Of a stretch of DNA of 64,000 bases, positions 26,664 through 38,638 are shown in pieces. Under the pieces are notes generated by a model. It had not been told where the DNA came from and ran no database searches. It saw nothing but the letters and a program-made list of their open reading frames with translations. The stretch's first letter is position 1, and each line of letters opens with the position of its first letter. The translations under genes were made by a program, and so were the position numbers. This DNA is from an uncultured bacterium (GTDB lineage: Bacteria; Desulfobacterota; Deferrimicrobia; Deferrimicrobiales; Deferrimicrobiaceae): contig CAVXQW010000003.1 of the NCBI GenBank assembly GCA_963764045.1, positions 4,647 through 68,646 on the forward strand. Reading direction: 5' to 3'.

Positions 26664-28783
26664 AGAAGGCCCGGCTCGACCAGATCCTGCTCCGGATGGG
26701 GGCGGTATCCGAGGAGCAGATCCGGAAAGCCCTCCTTCGCCAGAAGTCGCGCGGCGGGAAACTCGGGTCGCATCTGCTCTATTATCGCTTCGTCACCGAA
26801 GACCAGATGGTGCAGGCGCTCGCGGAGCAGTTCGCCGTCAACGGGGTCCGGCTGAGCCGTTGCGAGATCCCCGAGGACGTCGTCAAAAGGATCCCCGTGA
26901 AGATCGCGGAAGAGCACGTTGCCCTTCCGTTCCGCTTCGACCGGGAAAAGGGGGAACTGCACGTCGCCATCGCGGACCCCGAGGACGCGGAAGCCGTCTC
27001 CCTGCTGCGTCGCACGATCGGCGCTCCGAGGGTCATCCTGTACATCGCGCCGGAAAGCTGGATCCGGAGCAAGATCGCGTCCCTGTATCACGGGCGTTCC
27101 GACGCCTCGTCACGGGATTACGTCATCGATCTTCCGGACCTGTTCGTGGAGGAAAACGAGAAGCGGTCCGCCCGATCGGCCGGACCGAAGGAGACCGGCG
27201 AAAAGGCGCCACCGCGGTCCGCCATCCTGCTGTTCACCGGGCAGGTGTTTCTCAAGAACGTGCTCCCTTCCGTTTTCGAGCGGGAGGGAGTGCGCCTTTC
27301 GGTGGCGACTTCGGGCGACCAGATCGTCGAGGCGCTTAATGCCGCAGTATGCGACCGGGTCCTCGTGACGGAAGATGTCCGCGAGGAGTTCGAACGATTT
27401 CTTTCGGGGCCCGGAAGGCGCGTCGCCGTTCCGGAAGCGACGTATTTCCGGACCGTGGCGAACGCTCTCCTCGAGAACCCGGTCCCGTACGAACAGATGT
27501 TCGAATCCCTGCTGGCGGCGGTCCGGAGTATCGCGGGGCTGCGCTCCGCCGGTGGTCTCGGATCGACGCCGTACGCGCTGATCTCGAAGGAACTCCTGGA
27601 GGTCGGCCGGGGCCTGGGTCTGGGACGCGTCGTCGTCGACGGTCTCCGGATCGCGGCGCACCTGCTGACCCCGCCGATGGAAGGAAAGAACGGGATAACG
27701 GCCCCCGCCTCCATGCCTGGCGCGAATCTGTTCGGGGATCTCGACGCGTCGATCCGGTTCGCCCGGTCCCTCGAGTTTCCCTGGGACATCGCGGCCTGCA
27801 TGCAACTCCTCGGGACGGCGCCTCCGGACGGCGGCGGCGCCTCCTCGGCGGAGGAAGAGAGAAGGGCGTTGTCGACCGCGGCCGGCCTCCTTGCGCTCGT
27901 CTGGTATCGGCATCAGGCGTTGCCGTCCCTGCGCGGCGGTCCCGGAGGGGATCCCGAAGCCCTCAAGTCCGGGCTCCGCGCCCAGGCGGGACGCCTGGCG
28001 CCGTCGTCCGTGGTCGAGGCGTACGTCCGGGTGCTCGAGCAGTCCGACGCCTTCTCCGTCGCCGGCAAGGATATCGTCCTCGTCGGCGAAGCGGATCCCC
28101 CGTCGTCAAACCTCGTTCTCGAGCTGAAGCAGCACGGGTTCCGGGTCGCGCAGGCCGACGACCTCGCGGAGGCGCGAAAGATCTGTCTCCGCCGCAGGCC
28201 GGCGGCGATCGTCCTTCGCGTCGACGAATCGCTGTCCGCCGCCGACGCGTTTTGCCGTGCCCTCCGCGAAGAGGAAGGGGACGCCGACACGGTGCTGTTC
28301 GCCGTGACGCAACGGAGCGAGCCGTCGTTCCTCCTGAACCTCATGGATACCTGGTTCAGCGACGTATTCACCATGCCCATGAACGGCCAGGTCGTCGTCG
28401 CCCGGATCTCCAGGGCGCTCTCCGGCCGGGAGAAGGAGGCCGGCGGCCCGGCAAGGCAAGGATTCAGCGCCACCTTCAAGGATCTGTCGTTCGTGGACCT
28501 CGTCCAGGCGCTGGGGACCGGCGGGAAGAACGTTCGCATGCGGATCGAACACGCCAGCGGGATGCAGGCCGACATCTGTTTCCGGCAGGGGCGGATCGTT
28601 TTCGCGGAGTGCGGGGAAGAGAAGGGCGTCGATGTCGTCTACCGGGTCATCTGCTGGCAAGATGCTGGAAACTTCAGGATCGAACCGATCCGATCGTTTC
28701 CCCCGGAGAACGTGTCGGTTCCGACCGACTACATCCTCCTCGAAGGTTCCCGTCGCCTCGACGAGCACCAGGCCGGGCGCTGA
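26660..28783 (+). CDS. MshEN/T2SSE_N + degenerate receiver + DUF4388 (PATAN-like) multidomain protein
   Basis: RLDQILLRMGAVSEEQIRKALLRQ...KLGSHLL tandem motif; C-terminal FSATFKDLSFVDLVQAL...FRQGRIVFAE...LLEGSRRLDE. Confidence 0.72.
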   Translation: MKKARLDQILLRMGAVSEEQIRKALLRQKSRGGKLGSHLLYYRFVTEDQMVQALAEQFAVNGVRLSRCEIPEDVVKRIPVKIAEEHVALPFRFDREKGELHVAIADPEDAEAVSLLRRTIGAPRVILYIAPESWIRSKIASLYHGRSDASSRDYVIDLPDLFVEENEKRSARSAGPKETGEKAPPRSAILLFTGQVFLKNVLPSVFEREGVRLSVATSGDQIVEALNAAVCDRVLVTEDVREEFERFLSGPGRRVAVPEATYFRTVANALLENPVPYEQMFESLLAAVRSIAGLRSAGGLGSTPYALISKELLEVGRGLGLGRVVVDGLRIAAHLLTPPMEGKNGITAPASMPGANLFGDLDASIRFARSLEFPWDIAACMQLLGTAPPDGGGASSAEEERRALSTAAGLLALVWYRHQALPSLRGGPGGDPEALKSGLRAQAGRLAPSSVVEAYVRVLEQSDAFSVAGKDIVLVGEADPPSSNLVLELKQHGFRVAQADDLAEARKICLRRRPAAIVLRVDESLSAADAFCRALREEEGDADTVLFAVTQRSEPSFLLNLMDTWFSDVFTMPMNGQVVVARISRALSGREKEAGGPARQGFSATFKDLSFVDLVQALGTGGKNVRMRIEHASGMQADICFRQGRIVFAECGEEKGVDVVYRVICWQDAGNFRIEPIRSFPPENVSVPTDYILLEGSRRLDEHQAGR

Positions 28784-28855
28784 CCCCCGTCAAAGATGGA
28801 GCGCGGCGTACGGAAGACGTCGTAACCCGGCTCCGTAAAACGGGTCCGGCAAGCG

Positions 28856-29315
28856 CTACGGCGTTATGGTGGCCTCCTCGACGATCACCCGGTATTTGTA
28901 TCCTGCGCCGAAATCCTTGTCCATGTAGAGGGTTCCCTTCGCCGTCACCACGTCGCCGACCTTTGGAGCGTCCTGCGTCGTGACCACCAGGTTGTTCGTC
29001 CCTTTCCCCGGATCCCCGCTGCCGTCGCGCAGGTGAACCCAGTTCCTTCCCATGATCCCCCTGGACACTTTGACGACCTTCCCTCGCACGACGACCTTCT
29101 TCTTGTCCAGTTTCCCGGCTTTCTCGTAGGTTTCGGACGACGGTATAGGCGTCCGCTCCCTTCGCCTTTTCCACCTTTATCGGCTCGGAGGCGGCCTTCG
29201 CCGGCGCCCCTTCGCTTCCGGCGCCCGCCGCCTTCCCCGCCGCCAACGCGTCGCCCCCCGCCGCCAATGCCCCGATGGAAACGCAAAGAGCGACCCATTT
29301 ACCGAAACGATTCAT
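28856..29315 (-). CDS. Exported OB-fold protein (frameshift near 29140)
   Basis: Signal peptide, then in the shifted frame VRGKVVKVS.GIMGRNWVHLRDGSG...DKDFGAGYKY. Confidence 0.72.
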
Positions 29316-29485
29316 CCGTATCCCCTTTCCGGGTTGTTTCGGGGCATTTTACCACCCTCGTTCCAGACTTGTCTGCCGGAGGTGGCGATCGGTGCGGGAC
29401 GAGAAGATTTTCCGTTCTCTGCTAAACTACCCACGGAAAGGCTCCTGTCTCGGAGACCGAAGATCCGGAAAGGGAGGGAGTCTCG

Positions 29486-30076
29486 ATGCGTGTAGTGGGG
29501 TTCAACGGAAGCGCCCGGAAGGGCGGGAACACGACCTTCCTCCTTCGGCACGTGTTCGCCGAGCTGGAGAAGGAGGGGATCGAAACCGAGCTCGTGGAAC
29601 TGTCCGGCAAGAGGATCCACGGTTGCACCGCCTGCTATAAATGCTTCGCGACCAAGGACCGCCGGTGCGCGGTGAAGGGCGACGCTGCGAACGACTGCAT
29701 CGCGAAGATCGACTCCGCCGACGGCATCCTTCTGGGATCTCCCACCTACTTCACCGACGTCACCGCGGAGATGAAGGCGCTGATCGACCGTGCGGGGATG
29801 GTCGGACGGGCCAACGGCAACATGTACCGCCGCAAGGCCGCGGCGGCCGTGGTGGCGGTGCGCCGCGCCGGCGCGATCCACGCCTTCGACACGATGAACC
29901 ACTTCTTCCTGATCGGCGAGATGGTCATCCCCGGGTCGAGCTACTGGAACATCGGGGTCGGCCGGGAGATCGGCGACGTGGAGAAGGACGAGGAGGGGGT
30001 GGAGACGATGCGCACCCTCGGGCGAAACATGGCATGGCTGATGAAGGCGCTTCTGGCGGCCGGAGGAGCGGCCTAG
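29486..30076 (+). CDS. Iron-sulfur flavoprotein / flavodoxin-like FMN reductase family
   Basis: GSARKGGNT, CTACYKC...C, GSPTYF, MKALIDR, GSSYWN. Confidence 0.9.
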   Translation: MRVVGFNGSARKGGNTTFLLRHVFAELEKEGIETELVELSGKRIHGCTACYKCFATKDRRCAVKGDAANDCIAKIDSADGILLGSPTYFTDVTAEMKALIDRAGMVGRANGNMYRRKAAAAVVAVRRAGAIHAFDTMNHFFLIGEMVIPGSSYWNIGVGREIGDVEKDEEGVETMRTLGRNMAWLMKALLAAGGAA

Positions 30077-30134
30077 GGGATAGCTACCGCCCGCAACGAT
30101 ACGGGCGGAAACGGATCGCCCGGAGGGAAGGTAG

Positions 30135-31058
30135 ATGCAGCTGCGCAAAGTCCTGTTTTCCATCCTGCTGGCGGTCACCCTCCTGCCGTTCGTCAGCACC
30201 GGGGCGGGATTGGCCATAGGGATCGCGTTCAGTTTTCTGGTCGGGAACCCGTGGCCGGAAATGACCTCCCGCGTCAGCAAGGATCTCCTCAAGATCTCGG
30301 TCGTTGGGCTGGGATTCGGCATGCAGCTGGCCGAGGTCTGGCGCGTCGGCAGGAGCTCCATCGTCTACACCTTCGTGGGAATCGTGGGCACCCTGGTCGC
30401 CGGCACGCTGCTGGGCCGCTCGTTGAAGATCCGGAGCACGACGGCCGCCCTTGTGTCCTTCGGGACCGCCATCTGCGGCGGCAGCGCCATCGCCGCCATG
30501 GCGCCCGTCGTCCAGGCGGAGAACGAGGACGTGGCCGTTTCGCTGGCCACGGTCTTCACGCTCAACGCGGTGGCGCTTTTCCTGTTTCCCGTTGTCGGCC
30601 ACCTCCTCCACATGGGCCAGGAGGCGTTCGGGATCTGGGCCGGGATCGCGATCCACGACACCAGCAGTGTCGTCGGTGCGACCTCCGCCTACGGCCTGGC
30701 GGCGCTTGCCACCGGAACCACGGTCAAGTTGTCGCGGGCGGTCTGGATCGCGCCGTGCGTTCTGGCCTACGGCTGGATCCGGAAATCGGAGGGGAAAACC
30801 GCCATCCCGTGGTTCATCGCCGGGTTCATCGCGGCCGCGGCGGTCCGGTCCGTGCTCCCCCAGTTCCAGGCCGTATGGCACGGGGTGGCGGGGGTGGCCC
30901 GGCAGGCGCTCGTCGTCACCCTGTTTCTGATCGGGGCGGGGCTGGGGCCCGATGTGCTGAAGAAGGTCGGTTTCCGCCCCATGATCCAGGGTGTCCTGCT
31001 ATGGATACTGGTCGGCGCGCTGTCTCTGGCGGCCGTTACGCAAGGCGTGATCCGCTAG
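30135..31058 (+). CDS. YeiH family (putative sulfate exporter) membrane protein
   Basis: GTAICGGSAIAA, AIHDTSSVVGA, TVKLSRAVWI. Confidence 0.88.
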   Translation: MQLRKVLFSILLAVTLLPFVSTGAGLAIGIAFSFLVGNPWPEMTSRVSKDLLKISVVGLGFGMQLAEVWRVGRSSIVYTFVGIVGTLVAGTLLGRSLKIRSTTAALVSFGTAICGGSAIAAMAPVVQAENEDVAVSLATVFTLNAVALFLFPVVGHLLHMGQEAFGIWAGIAIHDTSSVVGATSAYGLAALATGTTVKLSRAVWIAPCVLAYGWIRKSEGKTAIPWFIAGFIAAAAVRSVLPQFQAVWHGVAGVARQALVVTLFLIGAGLGPDVLKKVGFRPMIQGVLLWILVGALSLAAVTQGVIR

Positions 31059-31387
31059 CGGTTGCGGAATGGAGACCGCGGGTTCCCGGGAGCCGGGAGC
31101 GGGTGCTTCGGGTAGACGATCGTCACGCCGGGGTTATTGAAGTACGTTTCCCCGGGGACGAATTCGAGGCGGCCTGCGTGGCGGGAGAGCAGTTCACGGA
31201 TCGCGGTCCGCAGGTCGCCGCCGCGGCCCGAGGAGCCGTAGCCGTGGATCACGCGGATCGGACCGGTGTCCCCCGCCCGCAGCCGCGCATTGTAATGGGT
31301 GGTGAGGCGGGAGAACGCTTCCGCCACGGTCAGGCCGTGCAGGTCGATCTCCCCGCCCCCGGAATGTTCAGGAAATTCCTTTCGCAT
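31055..31387 (-). CDS. Smr (small MutS-related) domain protein
   Basis: IDLHGLTVAEA, VIHGYG, NPGVT. Confidence 0.85.
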   Translation of the reverse strand: MRKEFPEHSGGGEIDLHGLTVAEAFSRLTTHYNARLRAGDTGPIRVIHGYGSSGRGGDLRTAIRELLSRHAGRLEFVPGETYFNNPGVTIVYPKHPLPAPGNPRSPFRNR

Positions 31388-31757
31388 CCCGCTCCGCGAA
31401 GACCTCCTTCGCGAGGTAGAGGGCGTTGAGGGCGGCGGGGATCCCCGCGTAGACCGCCATCTGCATCAGGACCTCCGCAAGCTCCGCGCGGGTGCACCCC
31501 ACGTTGAGGGCGGCGTTCAGGTGGAACCGGAGTTGCGGCTGGGCGTTTCCGAGGGCGGTCAGCGCGGAAACGGTCGCGATCTCGCGTGTCTTCAGGTCCA
31601 GTCCCGGCCGGGAGAGGATGTCGCCGAACGCGAACTCCACGATCTGCCGGTACAGGTCGGGGGCGACCTCTTTCAGCGCCGCCTCCAGCCGTTCCGGTCC
31701 CTCCGTGTCGAGATTCCTTGCCGTCGCGAGCCCGATCCGGTACCTTGCGTCTTCCAC
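31368..31757 (-). CDS. Carboxymuconolactone decarboxylase family protein
   Basis: FAFGDILSRPGLDLKTREIAT, HLNAALNVG, YAGIPAA; GTG start after a G-rich RBS. Confidence 0.88.
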   Translation of the reverse strand: MEDARYRIGLATARNLDTEGPERLEAALKEVAPDLYRQIVEFAFGDILSRPGLDLKTREIATVSALTALGNAQPQLRFHLNAALNVGCTRAELAEVLMQMAVYAGIPAALNALYLAKEVFAERDAKGIS

Positions 31758-31812
31758 GGTCCCCCCCTCCCCGATTGATCCGTATTGCGGAATTGCGAAG
31801 TCTCCCATCCCG

Positions 31813-32406
31813 TCAGCCCGGCTTCTTGTAGATCTCCAGGTCGATGATGATTTCGACCTCGTCTCCCACCACAACGCCGGCCTCCACGACTTTGTCCCAG
31901 ACCAATCCGAAATCCTTCCGGTTGATCTTCGTGGTCGCCTGTCCGCCAACCCGGTAATTGGCTCCCGGATCCCTGATCATGGGGGATGGCCCTTCCACAT
32001 TGAGGACCACCTCTTTCGTCACTCCCCGGATCGTCAGGTCTCCGGTCACCTTCAACGTCCCGTTCCCTGATATTCCGACCCGCTTCGACTTGAAGATGAT
32101 CTCGGGGTACTTTGCCACATCGAGAAAGTCGTGGCTGCGCAGGTGCGCGTCCCTCTTCGCGTTGCGGGTATTGATCGAGGCCGCGTCGATGGAGATGTCG
32201 GCGGTGGATTTCGTGACGTCCGTTTCGTCGTAGACGATCTTCCCGGAAACCTTCTCGAAGTCCCCCCGCACCGAGGAAATCATCAGGTGGCGCACCTTGA
32301 AGTGGACCCCGGTATGTTCCGGGTCGAATTCCCAAGGGGCCGCATGAAGGAGTCCCGGCGCCACGAGGCAAAGGAACGCCGCAGCAAGAAGGATCCGTCG
32401 GCGCAT
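31813..32406 (-). CDS. YceI family periplasmic protein
   Basis: DPEHT, VRHLMIS.VRG.F, RDAHLRS.DFLD, GDLTIRGVTK, INRKDFG. Confidence 0.92.
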   Translation of the reverse strand: MRRRILLAAAFLCLVAPGLLHAAPWEFDPEHTGVHFKVRHLMISSVRGDFEKVSGKIVYDETDVTKSTADISIDAASINTRNAKRDAHLRSHDFLDVAKYPEIIFKSKRVGISGNGTLKVTGDLTIRGVTKEVVLNVEGPSPMIRDPGANYRVGGQATTKINRKDFGLVWDKVVEAGVVVGDEVEIIIDLEIYKKPG

Positions 32407-32481
32407 GTCATCCTCCTTGATCATCGAGGATCGGCCAAAGACAGAGGAGGGTTTTCCGGGAGGGGAGGATGGTTTCCCGTG

Positions 32482-33912
32482 TCAGCGCCCGACGAGGTAG
32501 CGGTCCGCCCCTTCCGCGGCCATCCGGCCGAGGTTGATCGCGCGCACGACGAGTGACGCCCCCATCACGGCGTCCCCCGCGGCGAACACGCCGGGGACGT
32601 TCGTCATGCAGTTCCCGTCGGCGACCAGGTTCCCCCGGCTGTCCGTCGCGACGCCCAGATCCCGGACCAGGGAGCCGTGCTCCACGTGGACGAACCCCAT
32701 CGCCAGGAGCACGAGGTCCGCCCGCAGCTCGAACGCGGAGCCGGGTATCTCCTTGAACGAACTCCTCCCCGCTGCATCCGGCGCGGACCAGTCGAGCTTC
32801 ACGCACGAAAGATTCCGGACCCCTCCCTGTTCGCCGAGGAACTCCTTCGTCTGGACGCTCCACATCCGCTCGCACCCTTCCTCCTGGGAAGAGGAGGTCC
32901 GCAGGACGACCGGCCATGTGGGCCACGGGTTGGTCGGGAGCCGATCCTCCGGAGGTTTCGGCAGAAGCTCGATCTGGGTGATCGAGGCGGCCCCTTGCCG
33001 GCGGCTGGTGCCGATGCAGTCGGATCCCGTGTCCCCCCCGCCGATGACCACCACGTGTTTCCCCGCCGCGGAGATCTCTTCCCCCTCGGGGATCGTGTCC
33101 CCCGCGTTCCGCCGGTTCTGCTGCGTGAGGAACTCCATCGCGAAGTGGACCCCCTTGAGGTCCCTCCCCGGGACGGGCAGGTCGCGTGCCGCCGTCGCCC
33201 CGGCGGCCAGGATGATCGCGTCGAAGGATCGGCGCAGGTACGCCACGGAAACGTCCACTCCCGCGTTGACGCCCGTCTCGAAGACCACCCCCTCGGCCCG
33301 CATCTGGTCGAGTCGCCGGTCGATGACCCACTTCTCGAGCTTGAAGTCGGGGATGCCGTACCGCAGGAGCCCCCCGATCCGGTCCGACTTCTCGAAGACC
33401 ACCACCTCGTGGCCGCTGCGCGCGAGCTGCTGGGCGGCGGGGAGCCCCGCGGGGCCCGACCCCACCACGGCCACGCGCTTGCCGGTCGAATACCCCGCCG
33501 GTTCCGGCCGGATCCACTCCTCGCGCCAGCCGTGCTCCACGATCTGGAGCTCGAGGTGGCGGATGGTGACCGCGGGGAGGTTGATCGTCAGGGTACACGC
33601 TGCCTCGCACGGGGCGGGACAGACCCGGCCCGTGATCTCCGGAAGGTTGCAGGTGGCGTGCAGCAGATCGAGCGCCTTCCGCCAGTTCTTCCGGTAGACC
33701 ATGTCGTTCCAGTCGGGGATCCGGTTCTTCACGGGGCAGCCGTAGGAGTGGCAGAACGGGATCCCGCAATCCATGCAGCGCGCCGCCTGGCGATAGATCC
33801 CCTCTTCGGGGAGCAGTTCCTCGATCTCGCGGTAGTCCGCGACACGCTCGGGCACCGGCCGGTGCGCGGGTTCCTCCCGATTGTATTCCATGAACCCCGT
33901 CGGCTTAGCCAC
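32482..33912 (-). CDS. gltD: Glutamate synthase small subunit
   Basis: [52 protein letters not shown]. Confidence 0.95.
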   Translation of the reverse strand: MAKPTGFMEYNREEPAHRPVPERVADYREIEELLPEEGIYRQAARCMDCGIPFCHSYGCPVKNRIPDWNDMVYRKNWRKALDLLHATCNLPEITGRVCPAPCEAACTLTINLPAVTIRHLELQIVEHGWREEWIRPEPAGYSTGKRVAVVGSGPAGLPAAQQLARSGHEVVVFEKSDRIGGLLRYGIPDFKLEKWVIDRRLDQMRAEGVVFETGVNAGVDVSVAYLRRSFDAIILAAGATAARDLPVPGRDLKGVHFAMEFLTQQNRRNAGDTIPEGEEISAAGKHVVVIGGGDTGSDCIGTSRRQGAASITQIELLPKPPEDRLPTNPWPTWPVVLRTSSSQEEGCERMWSVQTKEFLGEQGGVRNLSCVKLDWSAPDAAGRSSFKEIPGSAFELRADLVLLAMGFVHVEHGSLVRDLGVATDSRGNLVADGNCMTNVPGVFAAGDAVMGASLVVRAINLGRMAAEGADRYLVGR

Positions 33913-36900
33913 GGTAGACCTCCTCCGTGGCGGAGACGCTCTCGGTGTTCATCTCCTCCTCCATGCGCATCCGCTCCAGCGATTTCCGGTACTCGATCGG
34001 CATGACCTTGACGAACAGGGGGAGGCGGGACTCCCAGTTCTCGAGGATCTGCGCGGCCCGCTGGCTCCCCGTGAACCGGAAGTGGCTCTCGATCATGGTG
34101 TGGAGGCGCTTCACGTCCTCCTCCTGCCAGACGCTTTCCACGTCGACCATGTCAAGGTTGCAGCGGGTGTCGAACAGCTCCGTCTCGTCGTAAACGTAGG
34201 CGAGACCCCCGCTCATCCCGGCGGCGAAGTTGTTCCCCGTGGGCCCCAGCACCACGACGACCCCGCCGGTCATGTACTCGCACCCGTGGTCGCCGACGCC
34301 CTCCACGACCGCTTTCCCGCCGCTGTTGCGGACCGCGAACCGCTCTCCGGCGGTCCCGTGGAAGTACGCTTCGCCGCCCGTGGCGCCGTAGAGCACCACG
34401 TTGCCGACGATCACGTTATTGTGCGGGAGAAAGGTCGCTCCCTCCGGGGGGGTCACGACGATCCGTCCCCCCGACATCCCCTTGCCGAGGTAGTCGTTCG
34501 CGTCCCCGTGCACGTGCATCGTGACGCCGGGGGCGAGAAACGCCCCGAAGCTCTGGCCCGCGGAGCCGAGGAGAGTAAGGTGGATCGTGTCGTCCGGCAG
34601 CCCCGCCGATCCGTATCGGCGGGTGATCTCGCCGGAGAGCGCCGCGCCCACCGACCGATGGACGTTCCGGATCGGCAGCTCGATCCGGACCGGCTCCTTC
34701 CGGTCCATGGCGCTCCGGGCGAGCGCCATGATCTCGTGGTCGAGGGCCTTTCCGACCTCGTGCTCCTGCGGCCGGACGCGGTGCAGCGGGCTGTTCCGCC
34801 CGTTGTCGGGCGGCAGGAGCATGGCGGAGAAGTCGAGCCCCTTCGCCTTCCAGTGCTCCACCGCCGGCTGGACCTCCAGCAGGTCGACCCGGCCCACCAT
34901 ATCGTCGAGCGTGCGGAACCCGAGCTCCGCCATGTATTCGCGCAGCTCCTCGGAAACGAAACGGAGGAAGCGCACGACGTACTCGGGCGCGCCTCCGAAG
35001 CGTGCGCGCAGGATCGGGTCCTGTGTCGCCACCCCCACGGGGCAGGTGTTCAGGTGGCACTTCCGCATCATGATGCACCCCAGGCTCACCAGCACCGCCG
35101 TGCCGAACCCGAACTCCTCGGCTCCCATCAGCGCCGCGATGGCGAGGTCCCGGCCGGTCTTCAACTGCCCGTCGACCTGCACACGGATCCGGTCCCGAAG
35201 GCGGTTGTAGATCAGCGCCTGCTGGGTCTCGGCCAGCCCGAGCTCCCACGGCAGCCCCGTGTGTTTGATGGAAGTGAGCGGCGAAGCGCCCGTGCCGCCG
35301 TCGCTCCCCGCGATGAGCACGAGGTCGGCTTTCGCCTTGGCGACCCCGGCCGCGATCGTCCCGACGCCGACCTCGGAGACGAGTTTGACGGAGACGTTCG
35401 CCTGCGGGTTGACCGATTTCAGGTCGTAGATGAGCTGGGCGAGGTCCTCGATGGAGTAGATGTCGTGGTGCGGCGGCGGCGAGATGAGCGTCACGTACGG
35501 CATCGTGTGGCGGATCCGGGCGATCTCGGGGCTCACCTTGTGGCCGGGGAGCTGCCCTCCCTCGCCGGGCTTGGCCCCCTGCGCCATCTTGATCTGCAGC
35601 TCGTCGGCGTTCACCAGGTACTCGGTGGTCGCCCCGAAGCGCGCGGAGGCGACCTGCCGGATCCGGGACCGCCTGCTGTCCCCGTTCGGGAGCGGGATAT
35701 TCCGTTCGGGATCCTCGCCCCCTTCCCCGGAGTTGCTCCGCCCGCCGATCCGGTTCATCGCGATGGCGATCGTCTCGTGGGTCTCCTTGCTGATGGAGCC
35801 GAACGACATCGCCGCGGTGACGAAGCGCGGCAGGATCTTCTCGACCGGCTCCACCTCGCCGAGGGGAACCGGGGTTCCCTTGCGGAAGCGGAACAGCGAA
35901 CGCAGCGTGGCGTGCGCGCGCGACTGGTCGTTGATGAGCGCCGCGTACTCCTTGTAGATCCCGTAGTCGTCCAGGCGGGTCGCGCTCTGGAGCTTGTAGA
36001 CCGCTTCCGAGGTCCACAGGTGGCGCTCGCCGTCGAGCCGGACCTGGTAGACGCCGCCCACGTCGAGCAGGTTGTCCACGTTCCGCCAGTGGCCGTTGGT
36101 CGGAAAGCCGCGCCGGTGCCGCTCCACGGTTTCCGCGGCGATCTCCGAAAGCCCGATCCCGGAGATGCGGGAGGCCGTGTTGGTGAAATAGTTGTCCACC
36201 AGCTCCTTCCCCAGCCCCACCGCCTCGAAGATCTGGGAACCGAGAAAACTTCGAAGCGTGGAGATCCCCATCCGGCTGAAGGTCTTGAGGAGCCCCTTCT
36301 TCACCGAAGTGACGTATTTATCCACCGCCTCTCCCGGGAGAAGCGGAGCTTCCAGCGCCTCGCTTTCGGAGAGCTCGCGGATCGTGGAGAGCGACCGTGT
36401 GGGGGCAGATCGCGTTGGCGCCGTACCCGAGGAGGAGCGCGAAGTGGATGACTTCCCGCGGCTCGCCGCTTTCCACGACGATCGACGCATGGGTCCGCAG
36501 ACCTCTGCGGATCAGGTGATGGTGCAGCCCCGAGGTGGCGAGCAGCGACGGGATCGGCGCGCGGCTGGCGTTCATGTTCCTGTCGGTCAGGATGAGAAGG
36601 GTCGCACCCCCCCGGATCGCCTTGTCGGCCTGGACGAAGAGCCTGGCCAGCGCCGTCTCGAGCGCCTTGCCGTCCCCGCCCGCCGGGAAGAGCATGTCGA
36701 TCTCGGCGGAGGCGAGGTCCGGATGGGTCGATCCGCGAAGCCGGAGCATATCCTCCGGGGTGAGGATCGGCTGGATGATCTTCAGCATCCGGCAATGCTC
36801 CGGGGTCTCGTCCAGAAGGTTCCGCTCCCTCCCGATGAAGCTGTTCAGCGACATCACCAGTTCCTCGCGGAGCGGGTCGATCGGCGGGTTCGTCACCTGG

Positions 36901-38498
36901 GCGAAGAGCTGCTTGAAGTAGGAGAAAAGCGACTGCGGCCGGTTCGAGAGGACGGCCAGCGCCGCGTCGTCCCCCATCGATCCGATCGCCTCCTGCCCCT
37001 GGGACGCCATCGGGGTGATGATGAGCTTGATCTCCTCTTCGGTATATCCGAAGGCGTGCTGCTTGCGCCGGAGCGTCTCCGGGTCTTCGGGGGGGATCTC
37101 GGACGGGACGAACATCCCCCGCAGCTCGATCTTGTTGTCCTTGACCCACTTCCGGTACGGCCTCCGGCGGGAGATGGCCGCCTTGATCTCGTTGTCCGGG
37201 ACGATCCGTTTCTGCTGCAGGTCGAGGAGGAGCATCTTCCCGGGCTGGAGCCGGCCGCGCCGGACGATCCGGTCCGCCGGAACGTCCATCACCCCGGTCT
37301 CCGAGGCGAGCACGATCATCCCGTCACGGGTCACGGTGTACCGCGCGGGACGCAGCCCGTTCCGGTCGAGGGTGGCGCCGAGGTACCGCCCGTCGCAGAA
37401 GACCATCGCCGCCGGCCCGTCCCACGGCTCCATGATCGCGGAGTGATACTCGTAGAAGGACCGCTTGTCCTCGCTCATCTGGAACTTGGGTCCCCACGAT
37501 TCGGGGATCATCATCATCACCGCGTGCGGCAGCGACCGGCCCGACATCACGAGGAGCTCGAGGACGTTGTCGAAGATGGCGGAGTCGCTCCCCGCCTCGT
37601 TGATGATGGGGCGCAGCTTCGTGATGTCGATGCCGAAGAGCGGCGATGCGAGGTTCGCCTCCCGGGCCCGCATCCGGTTGATGTTCCCCCGCAGGGTGTT
37701 GATCTCGCCGTTGTGGGCGGCGATCCGGAACGGGTGCGCCAGGTGCCAGGTGGGAAGCGTGTTCGTGCTGTACCGCTGGTGAACCACGGCGTACGGGCTC
37801 ATGAAGAGCTCGTTTCTCAGGTCGGGGTAGAATAGAGGGAGCTGGGACCCGGTCAGGAGCCCCTTGTAGACGATCGTCCGGCTGGAGAGGCTGGATACGT
37901 AAAACTGGCTGGCGTCGACGTCGTGCCAGGAGGCGACCTTCTTCTCCGCGAGGCGGCGGATGACGTACAGCTTTCGCTCGAAGGCGTCCCCCTCGTGGGT
38001 TCCGCGCGCGAGGAATACCTGGCGGATCCGGGGACGGGTGGACCCGGAGAGATCTCCGAGGATCGACGGGTCGACCGGTACTTCGCGCCACCCGAGGATC
38101 GGGCACCCTTCCTCGGCGGCGATCCGCTCGAGGGCGCCGGAGCACCGCCCGGCGAGCGCCTCGTCCATGGGGAGAAAGAGCATCCCCACGGCGTAATCGC
38201 CGCGCGGAGGAAGGTAGAGCCCTTCTCCCGGGCACACCTGGCGGAAGAACGTATCGGGGACCTCGAGGAGAAGACCGGCGCCGTCGCCGGTGGACTTGTC
38301 GCCCCCCAGGGCGCCGCGATGCTCCAGGTTGACCAGGATCCGGATCCCCTGCTTGACCACGGCGTGCAGGGATACGCCGTCGATCCGGGCGATGAACCCG
38401 ACGCCGCAGCTGTCGTGGTCGTTCCGCGGGTCGTACAGGCCGGTCGGTTTCGGGACGCCGGATGCGTTTATGCGAAACGGGTTGCTCTTCGCTGTCAT
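33905..38498 (-). CDS. gltB: Glutamate synthase large subunit (frameshift near 36394)
   Basis: [58 protein letters not shown] domain; two ORFs joined by a frameshift. Confidence 0.95.
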
Positions 38499-38638
38499 GT
38501 CTGCCGCCCTCTCAGTACGGGTGTTTCAGGTCGAACATATTATTATGCCACGATAAATTGTCCACAACATACTGGTGTGCGACGGCTGCCGTTCTGTCGT
38601 ACCCTGTCTTCATCGAGCGCACTCGAGGAGAGGGAGGC

